This document shows, one piece after another, positions 18,329 through 27,988 of a DNA stretch of 64,000 nucleotides. Numbering within the stretch: position 1 is the stretch's first letter; the number at the start of each line of letters is the position of its first letter. The position numbers and the translations under genes were made by a program. The notes beneath the pieces were generated by a model. The model did no database searches and was not told the DNA's origin. It was given only the letters and a program-made list of their open reading frames with translations. The DNA is taken from NCBI GenBank assembly GCA_041694815.1, contig JBGFSC010000047.1, positions 1-64,000 of the forward strand, written 5' to 3'. Source of the stretch: Elusimicrobiota bacterium. Lineage in GTDB: Bacteria > Elusimicrobiota > Elusimicrobia > UBA1565 > JACRDR01.

Positions 18329-18996
18329 CGCTTTTCACGCTCGCCCTGTCGACCGCGATCGCCGTCTCCTCGGAAACCGCGCCGGCGGCCGGATGGGTGC
18401 TTAAACCCGCCTCGCTTCTGCTCTTCGACTCCTCGGGAACCCTGGTCACCGAGATCGGCCTGGGCCAATGGAAAGACGAGAGCTCGCGCTCCGTCCACGC
18501 GGCGCGGGCGGGGGTCTCCAAGGATAGCCGCTTCGCCTGGGCCTGGGAGAAATCCGACTCCCAGGGCTGGGGCGCCCCCGCGCATAGCCGCCTGCTGCGC
18601 TATTTCGGCACCGACGGCGGGGAGCTCTGGCGCAGCGAGAGCGCAGACGAGCCCAAGGGCCTGGCCCCGGCCCTTCTCAACGAAAGCGGGGACAGGCTGC
18701 TCGTCGCCGAACGCAGCCCGGACGGCTGGTCGCTGTCGGCCTACGATTGGACCGGCACGCGCCTCGTCGGCGCGCGCGCCCCGGGACAGCTGGAGCTGAT
18801 GCTGCTCTCGCCGCTCGGCCGCTTCGCCGTCGGGCGCTGGAAATCCATCGATCTGCCGCCCGTCTACCGCTTCTTCGACCTGGACAAAAGGCGGGTCTCC
18901 GACGGCCCCGTGGATAAGCGTCCCAACGGCCCCCTGCGCGTCGACGACGCGGGGCAGGTATGGGCCGGCGAGCAGCCCTTCTTCCGTTTCCCTTGA
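18325..18996 (+). CDS. Exported hypothetical protein (beta-rich)
   Basis: GTGA coupling to the previous gene; signal-like N-terminus. Confidence 0.65.
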   Translation: MTLFTLALSTAIAVSSETAPAAGWVLKPASLLLFDSSGTLVTEIGLGQWKDESSRSVHAARAGVSKDSRFAWAWEKSDSQGWGAPAHSRLLRYFGTDGGELWRSESADEPKGLAPALLNESGDRLLVAERSPDGWSLSAYDWTGTRLVGARAPGQLELMLLSPLGRFAVGRWKSIDLPPVYRFFDLDKRRVSDGPVDKRPNGPLRVDDAGQVWAGEQPFFRFP

Positions 18997-20486
18997 TTTT
19001 CCTTCTGATCCTCTGCCTCCTGGCCCCGCGGGCGCCGCAGGCACAGGAACCAGCCGCCCCCGAGGCCGCGGCCGTCGCCGGCGAAAACGCGGGACTGATT
19101 CGTCGAATCTCCGACCGCCTGGCGGAAGAGGAATCGGCCCGCTCCAGCCTGGCGCAACGCATCGCCCGTTCCTCACTTTCGGACGGGGCTCCGGCAGACC
19201 TTGGAGATATTTCGCGCTGGATCGAAAAGAATCCGGAGGAGGCCGCTCGGCTGGCGGCCGGCTTCGAGCAGGACGATCGGCGCGGGGATATGGCATTCGA
19301 GCGCAGCCTCCGAGTGAGGGTGCGGCGCTACCTCGCCTTAAATCCCGACCGCGACAAGGGAATGCTCGGCGTGCTGAAGGCGGCCGGTTCGGAATCGAAG
19401 GCCATACTCCGCTTGGATAAAACCCTCGATGAGGAGGAGCAACGCGAACTCGTCAAGAGGCTTTTCGAGGGGCAGGGGGCCGAAAGCGATGGCAAGCTCC
19501 AGAGAAGCCCCGCCGCTGACGCCACGGCGCACGGCGCCATCGCGTCGGATACGGGTTTCTACGACCGACTAAGCCACGCCAACTTGGCTGGATTCTCGCC
19601 CGAAGTCCTGACCCTACAAAGCTGGCTCAATCGGCAGCGTCCGCCCGGCGCGCCCGCGCTCAAGGAAACGGGGCGCCTGGACCGAGATACGCTGCTCTTT
19701 CCGTATTACGGTTTGAGCCATGACTTAAGCCGCCTACGAAAATACATCGCGGACAACAAGCAGGCGAGTCCCGGCGCTGCGGGCGCGCCGGGACACCTGG
19801 CCGCGGCCGAGGCTCCGGAAGGCGCGGCATCAGCCCCTGAAGCCTGGCTTGCGCGAGCCGAAGCGGCGCTCAAGGCCCTGCGGACCGAGGCGGAAAACGC
19901 TAAAAATCCCCAACGGATCACCCTCAAGACGCTTCAGTCGCTGGGAGCGCAGCAAAAGGAGGCGGCGCGTTGGATCAGCGCCGCTTCTCTTAAGGCCGAC
20001 CAGAAGCGCTTGGCTGGATTGACAAATTTCTGGACGGCTGAACTCGATAGCCTCGTCCGAACCGCGCCGGCTGCCCCGGCTGTTCGCGACGGCTACCTTT
20101 CGCAGGTAGCGCGGCTCCAAGGCCGTCTGGCGAAAGTAGCGGCCTGTGACCGCGACGTTTTAGCGATGCTCACCAGCGCAGATTTCCAGACCGGCTGGTC
20201 GACGGCGCAACGGCGGCTCAAGGATTGCGCGCCGCAGCGCCGCGGCCTCGAGAAACAAATTACGCTGGTCTGCGAAATCCCCCCAGCGCTCCATGCCGCC
20301 TGGAGCGTCGTCCCGCGTTGGCGCGCGTATCTGGAGCGCCTGGCTCTGTGGCTGCTGCCTCGCAGCACTTTTTCTCAGAAAATCGCTTTACGCAAACGCC
20401 GAGGGGTCTTGCTGCGAGATGCTTTCGACGCCGTGGCCTCGGCGGATTTCACTCGAGCCGAAAATCATTTCTTCGCAGCTCGATAG
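18993..20486 (+). CDS. Exported, mainly helical hypothetical protein
   Basis: Long ORF; TTGA coupling at 18993 yields a signal peptide (LIFLLILCLLAPRAPQA). Confidence 0.65.
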   Translation: MIFLLILCLLAPRAPQAQEPAAPEAAAVAGENAGLIRRISDRLAEEESARSSLAQRIARSSLSDGAPADLGDISRWIEKNPEEAARLAAGFEQDDRRGDMAFERSLRVRVRRYLALNPDRDKGMLGVLKAAGSESKAILRLDKTLDEEEQRELVKRLFEGQGAESDGKLQRSPAADATAHGAIASDTGFYDRLSHANLAGFSPEVLTLQSWLNRQRPPGAPALKETGRLDRDTLLFPYYGLSHDLSRLRKYIADNKQASPGAAGAPGHLAAAEAPEGAASAPEAWLARAEAALKALRTEAENAKNPQRITLKTLQSLGAQQKEAARWISAASLKADQKRLAGLTNFWTAELDSLVRTAPAAPAVRDGYLSQVARLQGRLAKVAACDRDVLAMLTSADFQTGWSTAQRRLKDCAPQRRGLEKQITLVCEIPPALHAAWSVVPRWRAYLERLALWLLPRSTFSQKIALRKRRGVLLRDAFDAVASADFTRAENHFFAAR

Positions 20487-20502
20487 CGAACGCGGCCTTA
20501 AG

Positions 20503-20540
20503 TTGTCCACAAACTTCTCGCGAAAGAAGTTTGTGCATAA
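20503..20540. repeat. Hairpin between convergent genes (possible terminator)
   Basis: CACAAACTTCT-cgcgaa-AGAAGTTTGTG at 20508-20535. Confidence 0.6.
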
Positions 20541-20623
20541 GGGTCACCGTTCCCAATGCCCAATGCGACGGATGCATTTCAGGCTGGACCTTGGTCGCGC
20601 ACTGCAGCGAAACGAAAAACCCC

Positions 20624-20787
20624 TAGAAGCCATCCAAAAACCCGGTTGGATCGCGAAAATGCGGATTTCGAGCCTACCGCTAGGCGCGAGGACCCCGGCG
20701 TACTGGAGGTACGCAGGGGTCCGAGCAACGACGCGGAAGGCCGAAAGCCGCGTTTGCAGGCGCAACCGGGTTTTTGGATGGCTTCTA
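20624..20787. mobile_element. MITE-like element: 23-bp perfect TIRs flanked by TA
   Basis: TAGAAGCCATCCAAAAACCCGGTTG (20624-20648) and its exact reverse complement (20763-20787); no transposase. Confidence 0.8.
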
Positions 20788-22845
20788 ATACCCTTTCCAC
20801 GACGGCTTGCGGGTCGGCATCTTGCAGTAGTCGGCGAAGAAGGGCAGGGTCGCCTTGATCTTGCCCACCGCCTCCTCGGCGGCGCGCTCCCCCATGCCGA
20901 TGAGCTCCGTGGCGCGGTGCATCTCGGTCCATGAGAAGCCGCTCAAGTCGGGATGGATCACCACGTGGGCGAGCTCGACGCGCGACTGGGCGATCTCGTA
21001 CTCCATCGTGTAGATCATTTGGAACAGGATCTGGGACATGCTCGGCGCCTTGAGGGCCTCGGGCAGGGCCATCTCCTTAAGCGCGCGCAGGTCCGCGATG
21101 CGGCCCAGCGGCGTGGCCCGCCGGGCTCGGTCGGCCCTGCGCTTGCCCGCGGGCATGGTGAGGTTGATCGAGATGAGTATGTCGGCGCCCAGCTGCGAGA
21201 CCACCTTGGTTGGCACGGGATCCACGAGGCCGCCATCGACTAAGAAGCGTCCCTCATGGTGTAAGGGCGCAAACAGCAGCGGGATGCCGCAGGAGGCGCG
21301 GATCGACTCCGCCACGCGGCCCTCGCGGAGCACTACCTCCTCGCCCGTCTCGATGTCGGTAGCCACGCAGGCGTAGGGGAGCTCGAGCTCGTGGAACTCC
21401 TTGTTCCCGAAATACGAGCGGATGAAGCGAAGCAGGGTCGTCCCGCCGAAGAGCCCCGAGCGGGGAACGGTCAGGTCCCAAAAGAGATTCTCGTAGACCC
21501 AGGCCTTGTCGACGCCGATGGCGATGCGCTCGATCTCCTCGGGCTCCATGCCCAGGGCGTAAAAGCCGGCGATGAGCGATCCGATCGAGGTGCCGGCCAC
21601 CATGTCGACCGGTATGCCGGCGGCCTTAAGGCCCTTGAGTATCCCGATCAGGGAATACCCTAGCGCCGCCCCCGTGCCCATGGCCAGGCCGACGCTCAGC
21701 CCCGCCAAGCGCCGGGCGAGGCGCTCGATCCCCCGCCGCGTTTTCGGGAAGCGCTCGAGCAATTCGTAGGCGGAGCGGCCCCGCGCGAACTCGGCGGCCG
21801 CCGACTCGCTCCAAGGGACGACCACCGCCGACTGCCGGTGCAGGGCCGACGCGCCGGTGGCGTCGAGGGGCCCGATCCAGGCGCGCACGAGCTTTTTCGA
21901 ATCGTTGGCCAGGCGCTGCAGGGACAGCTCGAGGGCTCGGTAGGCCCCCGCGTGGGAAGACGTGCCCACGGCCACCCACTGGTCCGCCTCCTCCAGCACC
22001 GATTTCTCGACGTCGCCCAACTCCGAATTCATGAACACCAGCACGAAGTCATGGCTGTCGCGCAGCAGGTTGAGCAGCAAGAAGATGCCGCGGTAGAGCC
22101 TCCCCCCCAGCACCGAGGCGGGCAGGCTCATGATCTCCAGGCCCGACGGGTGCACCTCGACGAGGTTGCGCAGCACGCGCGGATCGCGCAGGTCCTGCTC
22201 GCGCAGCATCGCCTCGCTAGTGAGCACGGGCTTAAGCCCCAATGCACGGGCGATGGAGCCGGGCTCTGGACCCATGTCGACGCACAGCACGCGCTGGCGA
22301 GTCTGCTCCACCAGGGCCAGGGCCAGCTGCGTCGAGACCAGATTGCGCACGGGGGCGTCGAGCTCGGCCATCACCGCCATGAGCTGCTGGCGCTGGCCGC
22401 CCGAATGCGAGGCTTCCTGGTAGCTACTGAGCATCCTCTGGGCGATGATCCGAGAAAGATGGACCATGATCGAGGGGTTCTCGCGCACGACCTCCTCGAA
22501 GTCCTTCTTGGAAAGGAGCAGGAACTCGCAGCTGGTGTCGAGCTTGACGGTCACGGACCTCGGCTCGCCAGTGAGCAGGGAGATCTCGCCCAAGGCGTCG
22601 CCGCGGCTTAGGAACGCGGTGACCACCTCCCGACCGCCGCGCTCCGAGAGCAGGCGGACCTGCCCGGAGGTGATTAGGTAGAAGGCGTCGCCGGCGTCGC
22701 CGCGCGAGTACAGGGTCGCCCCCTTGGGGAGCGAGAGCGGCCGCAGTCGGGCGGCGAGCTTACCCAAGTCCTGCGGCACCAGGTCGCGGAAGAGCACGCT
22801 GCGCTTGAGGAACGGCACCCACTGCGGGAGTTCGGATCGCTTCAA
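20785..22845 (-). CDS. cNMP-binding plus patatin phospholipase (NTE-like) with a central degenerate MinD/ParA-like domain
   Basis: cNMP domain GD....YLI.SG.V, GE.SLL.GEPRS.TV; patatin GTGAALG, GTSIG, DGG. Confidence 0.88.
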   Translation of the reverse strand: MKRSELPQWVPFLKRSVLFRDLVPQDLGKLAARLRPLSLPKGATLYSRGDAGDAFYLITSGQVRLLSERGGREVVTAFLSRGDALGEISLLTGEPRSVTVKLDTSCEFLLLSKKDFEEVVRENPSIMVHLSRIIAQRMLSSYQEASHSGGQRQQLMAVMAELDAPVRNLVSTQLALALVEQTRQRVLCVDMGPEPGSIARALGLKPVLTSEAMLREQDLRDPRVLRNLVEVHPSGLEIMSLPASVLGGRLYRGIFLLLNLLRDSHDFVLVFMNSELGDVEKSVLEEADQWVAVGTSSHAGAYRALELSLQRLANDSKKLVRAWIGPLDATGASALHRQSAVVVPWSESAAAEFARGRSAYELLERFPKTRRGIERLARRLAGLSVGLAMGTGAALGYSLIGILKGLKAAGIPVDMVAGTSIGSLIAGFYALGMEPEEIERIAIGVDKAWVYENLFWDLTVPRSGLFGGTTLLRFIRSYFGNKEFHELELPYACVATDIETGEEVVLREGRVAESIRASCGIPLLFAPLHHEGRFLVDGGLVDPVPTKVVSQLGADILISINLTMPAGKRRADRARRATPLGRIADLRALKEMALPEALKAPSMSQILFQMIYTMEYEIAQSRVELAHVVIHPDLSGFSWTEMHRATELIGMGERAAEEAVGKIKATLPFFADYCKMPTRKPSWKGY

Positions 22846-22855
22846 TGTGATATAA

Positions 22856-23398
22856 TCATCTCGTCGGCTTCACCTTAGAGGCCAGCAGCGCGATCACCGT
22901 CTTGGAATCCCGTATCTTGCCGGAAAAAACCCACCGCAGGGCCGTTTCCAGCGGCACCGCCTCCGCCTCGATGAATTCGTCGTCGTCCGGGCGCGCGGGG
23001 CCGGGCTTCAGATCCCGCGCGACGTAAAGATGCAGCACCTCGTTGCTGAACCCGGGGACGGGCCAATACGAGAGCATCGGCCGTATGTCGCGCGCCGAAA
23101 ATCCCGTCTCCTCGCGCAGCTCCCGACGGAGGCAGGCGAGCCGGTCCTCGCCGCGCGCCAGTTTCCCGGCTGGGATCTCGTAGGTGACCCGGCCGACCGG
23201 ATAGCGGTACTGGCGCACCAAGACGACGGTGCGGGGATCCAGGAAGGGAAGCACGGCGACGGCGCCGGGATGGTCGAGGAACTCGCGGCTCGCGGGCCGG
23301 CCATTGGGAAGCCGCACGAGGTCGACGCGGAAATTGACCGACTTGCCGTGGTAAATCTCGCGCCGCCGGACGCGCCTTTCTACCAGGCCACGCTTCAC
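22856..23398 (-). CDS. NUDIX hydrolase (ADP-ribose pyrophosphatase-like)
   Basis: HPGAVAV, RQYRYP, Nudix box EIPAGK...E.....RRELREETG, I.D.KT. Confidence 0.92.
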   Translation of the reverse strand: MKRGLVERRVRRREIYHGKSVNFRVDLVRLPNGRPASREFLDHPGAVAVLPFLDPRTVVLVRQYRYPVGRVTYEIPAGKLARGEDRLACLRRELREETGFSARDIRPMLSYWPVPGFSNEVLHLYVARDLKPGPARPDDDEFIEAEAVPLETALRWVFSGKIRDSKTVIALLASKVKPTR

Positions 23399-23436
23399 TC
23401 TCCGATTATACTAATTGTGCCACGAGCCCTAAACGC

Positions 23437-26400
23437 ATGAGCGGCAAGCCCGAATTCGTCCACCTGCACAACCATTCGGAGTATTCGCTGCTCGACGGGA
23501 TCACCCGCTTCACGGACCATGACGGCGGCCCCTCCGAGCTGCTCAAATCCCTCGCGCACGAGGGCGCGCGCGGCCTGGCCTTGACCGACCATGGCAACCT
23601 CTACGGGGCCGTCGAGTTCTACACGCAGTGCAACAAGGTAGGGCTCAACCCCATCATCGGCTGCGAGATGTACATGGCCAAGGGCTCCCGGCTCGACCGC
23701 GGCGGCTCGCAGAAGGAGAACTGTCACCTCACGGTGCTCGCGCGTAACCTCGAGGGATACGAGAACCTCATGCTGCTGAGCTCCAAGGGCTTCCTCGAGG
23801 GCTTCTACTACGACGCGCGCATCGACCGGGAGCTGCTGGCCAAGCATTCCAAGGGTCTCATCGTGCTCTCGGGCTGCCTCAAGAGCGAAATCTGCCAGGC
23901 CATCGCCTCGGGCGACCTGCAGGGGGCCTTGAAGCTGGTCGGGCAGTACCAGGAGATCCTCGAGCCCGGCTCTTTCTACTTGGAGATCATGGACCATGGT
24001 TTAGAAAAGCAGCGCCAAGCTCTCAAGGCCCTGCTCGAGATCCACGAACGCACCAAGATCCCGCTGGTGGCGACTAACGACTGCCATTACGCCAAGAAGT
24101 CCGACTTCGACGCCCAGGACGCGCGGGTCTGCATCGCGACGGGACGCAAGCTCGCCGACCTCAACCGGCTCAAGTTCGAAAGCCACGAATTCTACTTCAA
24201 GACCCCCGCCGAGATGGCCAAGATCTTCGACTTCGCGCCGCAGGCCCTCTCGAACACGCTCAAGATCGCCGAGATGTGCCATCTGAGGATACCGATGGAC
24301 CAGCTCCTGCTACCGCATTACGCGGTGCCCGAGGGCCAAACCCAGGACAGCTACTTGGAGAAGCTCTGCCACGAGGGCCTGGCTCGGCTCGGGAAATCCG
24401 GCAAGCGGGAATACGAATCGCGCCTGCAATTCGAGTTGGGCACGATTAAAAAGATGGGCTTTTCGGGCTACTTCCTCATCGTCTGGGACTTCATCCGCTA
24501 CGCCAAGATCCACGGGGTCCCCGTCGGCCCGGGACGCGGGTCGGGGGCGGGATCGCTGGTTTCCTACGCGCTCGACATCACCACGGTCGATCCCATCGAG
24601 CACGCCCTGCTCTTCGAGCGCTTCCTCAACCCGGACCGCCGTTCCATGCCTGACCTCGACATCGACTTCTCCGACGAGGGCCGCGAGACCGTTATCGAAT
24701 ACGTCCGCCGGAAGTACGGCGACGAGAACGTGGCCCGCATCATCACCTTCTCCTCCATGGCCGCGCGCGCGGCCATCCGCGACGTGGGCCGCGTGCTCGG
24801 TACGCCGCTGGCCGAGGTCGACGCGCTGGCCAAGCTGATCCCCTTCGGGCAGACCATCCACAAGACCCTCGAGACCTCGCCGGAGCTGGGCGAGGCCGCC
24901 AAGCGCCCCGATATCCGGCAGCTGCTGGAGCTAGCACAGAAGCTTGAGGGTCTCAAGCGCAACACGAGCGTGCACGCCGCCGGCATCGTGATCACCAAGG
25001 AAGCCGTCGTCAAGTATACGCCGCTGTCGCAGGCCAACAACGGCGTGGTGACCACCCAATACGACGGGGACATGCTGCCCAAGCTCGGGCTGCTCAAGAT
25101 GGATTTCCTCGGCCTGCGCACGCTCTCGATCATCGAGCACACCGTCGAGAACATCCGCTCGCGCTCGCGAGGGGAGTTCGACATCACGCGCGTGCCGATG
25201 GACGACGCCAAGACCTTCGAGCTGCTTAAGTCCGGCAAGACGCTCGGGGTGTTCCAGCTCGACTCCGAGGGGATCCGCGACCTCGTCCGGAAGCTCAAGC
25301 CGACCGAGTTCTCGGACGTCGTGGCCTTGGTCGCCCTCTACCGGCCCGGCCCCATGAAAAGCGGCATGGTGGACGACTTCGTGGCGCGCAAGCACGGCGC
25401 TAAAAAGATCGTCTACGAGCACCCGCGCCTGGAGCCCATTCTCAAGGACACCTACGGCTGCATCGTCTATCAGGAGCAGGTGATGGAGATCTCCAAGTCC
25501 CTGGCCGGGTTCACGCCGGGACAGGCCGACGGCCTGCGCAAGGCCATGGGCAAGAAGATCCCCGCCGAGCTCGAGAAGCTGCGCGGCGATTTCCTGGCGG
25601 GCTGCAAGAACAATAAGATCGCCGACAGGCTGGCCAACAAGATCTACGACCAGATGGCGGAGTTCGGGGGCTACGGCTTCAACAAGAGCCACTCCTGCGC
25701 CTACGGGCTCATCGCCTACCAAACGGCCTACCTCAAGGCGAATTACCCCTTGGAATTCATGACCGCCCTGCTCACCTCCGAAATCGGGCATAGCGCCATG
25801 GTCGAAGGCAAGGAAAACAAGCTCGTCACCTACCTCGACGACGCCAAGTCGATGGGCCTGGAGGTGCTGCCTCCCGACGTAGGCCGCTCGGAGCTGCTCT
25901 TCTCCATGGAGGGGCCTGCGATCCGCTTCGGACTCGTCGCTATCAAGAACGTGGGCTCCGGAGCCGCCGAGTCCATCCTGGCGGCCCGCAAGCTCGGCCC
26001 CTTCGCCTCCTTGGACGATTTCTGCAGGCGGGTGGACCTGCACGCGGTCAACCGGAAGGTGCTCGAGTCCTTAGTCAAGGCCGGCGCGATGGATTCGATG
26101 AATCCGGAGCGGCCGGTCGCCCAGGCGCGCGCCGATCTCTTGGCGGCGCTGGAATCCTCCATGGACCGCCAAGCCAAGGTCAAGGAGGATTTGAGCCGAG
26201 GACAGGGGCTGCTCTTCGGTGCCGAGAACAGCGCGCCGGCGGCCCCCGAGGCCGCCGCGGAGCCGCTCAAGGAGCACGATCTCCTCAAGGCGGAAAAGGA
26301 AGTGCTCGGCTTCTACCTGTCAGGGCATCCCCTGCTGCGCTACCGCGACCGCCTCCATTGCGTGCGCACGCACGCCATCGACGCCTTAAAGCCCGAGGCG

Positions 26401-26925
26401 GCCGGGCCGGCGCGCCTGGCCGGGCTGATCAGCCAGATCAAGCGGCTGGTCACCAAGGAGAAGGGCGAGCAATACGCCCGGGCCGTGCTCGAGGACATGA
26501 CGGGCGAAATTCCCCTCCTCGTCTTCCCCCGGGCCTACGCCTCGGGCCTCGGCAAGCAGCTCGCGCTCAACGCGATCGTCACGGTGTCCGGCCGGATCAA
26601 TTTCCGCGGCGAGAGCGACCCGCCCATGCCGGAGATGATCGTCGAGGAGATACTCCCCATCGACATGGCCCTCTCCCGCTGGGCCCGCGGGCTGACCATC
26701 CCCTTTTCCACGGCGGCCCTCGAGAAGCCCTTGCTCGAGCAGCTGCGCGGCGTGCTCGAACGCCACCCCGGCCGCTGCCCGGTCACGCTGCAGCTCGAGT
26801 CGCCCGCGCATGGGAGCTCGGTCATCGAGACCGACACCTCGGTCCGGCTAGAGGAATCCCTGTTCGAGGACTTAGAGAAGGTGCTGGGCGAACGGGCTTG
26901 GCGGATTGAAAGCGCCGTAAAATAA
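23437..26925 (+). CDS. dnaE: DNA polymerase III alpha subunit
   Basis: FVHLHNHSEYSLLDG, TDHGN, GPGRGSGAGS, PDLDIDF, HAAG, K.DFLGL, YGFNKSH; no intein. Confidence 0.98.
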   Translation: MSGKPEFVHLHNHSEYSLLDGITRFTDHDGGPSELLKSLAHEGARGLALTDHGNLYGAVEFYTQCNKVGLNPIIGCEMYMAKGSRLDRGGSQKENCHLTVLARNLEGYENLMLLSSKGFLEGFYYDARIDRELLAKHSKGLIVLSGCLKSEICQAIASGDLQGALKLVGQYQEILEPGSFYLEIMDHGLEKQRQALKALLEIHERTKIPLVATNDCHYAKKSDFDAQDARVCIATGRKLADLNRLKFESHEFYFKTPAEMAKIFDFAPQALSNTLKIAEMCHLRIPMDQLLLPHYAVPEGQTQDSYLEKLCHEGLARLGKSGKREYESRLQFELGTIKKMGFSGYFLIVWDFIRYAKIHGVPVGPGRGSGAGSLVSYALDITTVDPIEHALLFERFLNPDRRSMPDLDIDFSDEGRETVIEYVRRKYGDENVARIITFSSMAARAAIRDVGRVLGTPLAEVDALAKLIPFGQTIHKTLETSPELGEAAKRPDIRQLLELAQKLEGLKRNTSVHAAGIVITKEAVVKYTPLSQANNGVVTTQYDGDMLPKLGLLKMDFLGLRTLSIIEHTVENIRSRSRGEFDITRVPMDDAKTFELLKSGKTLGVFQLDSEGIRDLVRKLKPTEFSDVVALVALYRPGPMKSGMVDDFVARKHGAKKIVYEHPRLEPILKDTYGCIVYQEQVMEISKSLAGFTPGQADGLRKAMGKKIPAELEKLRGDFLAGCKNNKIADRLANKIYDQMAEFGGYGFNKSHSCAYGLIAYQTAYLKANYPLEFMTALLTSEIGHSAMVEGKENKLVTYLDDAKSMGLEVLPPDVGRSELLFSMEGPAIRFGLVAIKNVGSGAAESILAARKLGPFASLDDFCRRVDLHAVNRKVLESLVKAGAMDSMNPERPVAQARADLLAALESSMDRQAKVKEDLSRGQGLLFGAENSAPAAPEAAAEPLKEHDLLKAEKEVLGFYLSGHPLLRYRDRLHCVRTHAIDALKPEAAGPARLAGLISQIKRLVTKEKGEQYARAVLEDMTGEIPLLVFPRAYASGLGKQLALNAIVTVSGRINFRGESDPPMPEMIVEEILPIDMALSRWARGLTIPFSTAALEKPLLEQLRGVLERHPGRCPVTLQLESPAHGSSVIETDTSVRLEESLFEDLEKVLGERAWRIESAVK

Positions 26926-26944
26926 AAGCTAAAATCGCCTTCTC

Positions 26945-27988
26945 ATGAGACATTTTTTATTACTTGCTTGCTGCCTTACACTCGCTCAGGCGGCTCTTTG
27001 CGCGGATCGGCCATCCAAGACGCATCCCAAGGACGCCCAGAAGGCCGAGGAGCTCTATGACGGCAACTTCGCCCTGATCGCCTCGACCAGCGAAGTCTTA
27101 AAGCCGATGTCCCCGGTCGATTCCGCCATCTCCCGCCTGTCTCATAAGGACCCCATGGTGCGCCGCCACGCCATCGACGAACTGGGACGCATCCGGGACA
27201 TGAAGGCCGTGGAAGCCATCTTGCCGGCGCTCTCCGATGACAACCCCTTCGTGCGGGCCGCCGCGGCCGACGTGCTGGGGCTCTTGCGCGCCCCGCAATC
27301 GGCGCCCAAGATCGCGAAGCTCCTCGTCAAGGACCCGGACGCGCAGGTGCGCCAGAGCGCGGCGATCGCGCTCAATTACCTGGCGGATCCCTCCACCGAC
27401 GAGGCCCTAATCGCGGCCCTCAAGGATTCCTCAGACGGGGTGCGTTTCGCGGCCGCGCGCACGCTCGGCGCGCTGCGCTCGCCTAAGGGCGCAGCCCCAC
27501 TGGCCGCGGCCCTCAAGGATCCCAATCCCAACATGCGGCGCGCCGCCGCCACGGCCCTCGGCCTGCTCGGCTCCGCCAGCGCGGCAGCCGCGCTCAAGGA
27601 GGCGGCCCAGGATCCGGACGCCGGTGTGCGCCAAGAAGCGGTCAAAAGCCTGGGCGCCACGAGCGACCCATCCATCGTCGAATTCCTCAAGGCGCGCTTG
27701 AGCGACCCGGACGCGCAGGTCAAGGTCCAGGCGGCCCTCGCCCTCGGGCGGATGAACGACGACTCGGGGCTCGGCCTGGGGCTCGAGCTGCTGGCCAGCC
27801 CAGAAGCGGCCCTCCGGCGGCAGGGTGCCAGCATCGTGGCCCTGGCGGGAGACAAGGAGAAGGCCCTGCCCGCCCTGGAGAAGGCTCTTGCGGCCGAGAA
27901 GGACCCGCCCACCCGGCATATCCTTGGCTACTGCCTCGCCCAACTCAAGGGTCGATTGGGAATCCGGGAAAAGAAAGGCAAACCTTAA
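26945..27988 (+). CDS. Exported HEAT-repeat protein
   Basis: Signal peptide; repeated L.D.D..VR..AA.ALG. Confidence 0.9.
   Translation: MRHFLLLACCLTLAQAALCADRPSKTHPKDAQKAEELYDGNFALIASTSEVLKPMSPVDSAISRLSHKDPMVRRHAIDELGRIRDMKAVEAILPALSDDNPFVRAAAADVLGLLRAPQSAPKIAKLLVKDPDAQVRQSAAIALNYLADPSTDEALIAALKDSSDGVRFAAARTLGALRSPKGAAPLAAALKDPNPNMRRAAATALGLLGSASAAAALKEAAQDPDAGVRQEAVKSLGATSDPSIVEFLKARLSDPDAQVKVQAALALGRMNDDSGLGLGLELLASPEAALRRQGASIVALAGDKEKALPALEKALAAEKDPPTRHILGYCLAQLKGRLGIREKKGKP

Noticed and set aside
14861..20787. Island integrated at tRNA-Ser
   Set aside because: No integrase, no duplicated tRNA 3' end seen, and downstream genes look native
23437..26925. Intein or split in dnaE
   Set aside because: Length and motif order are normal, with no intein signature
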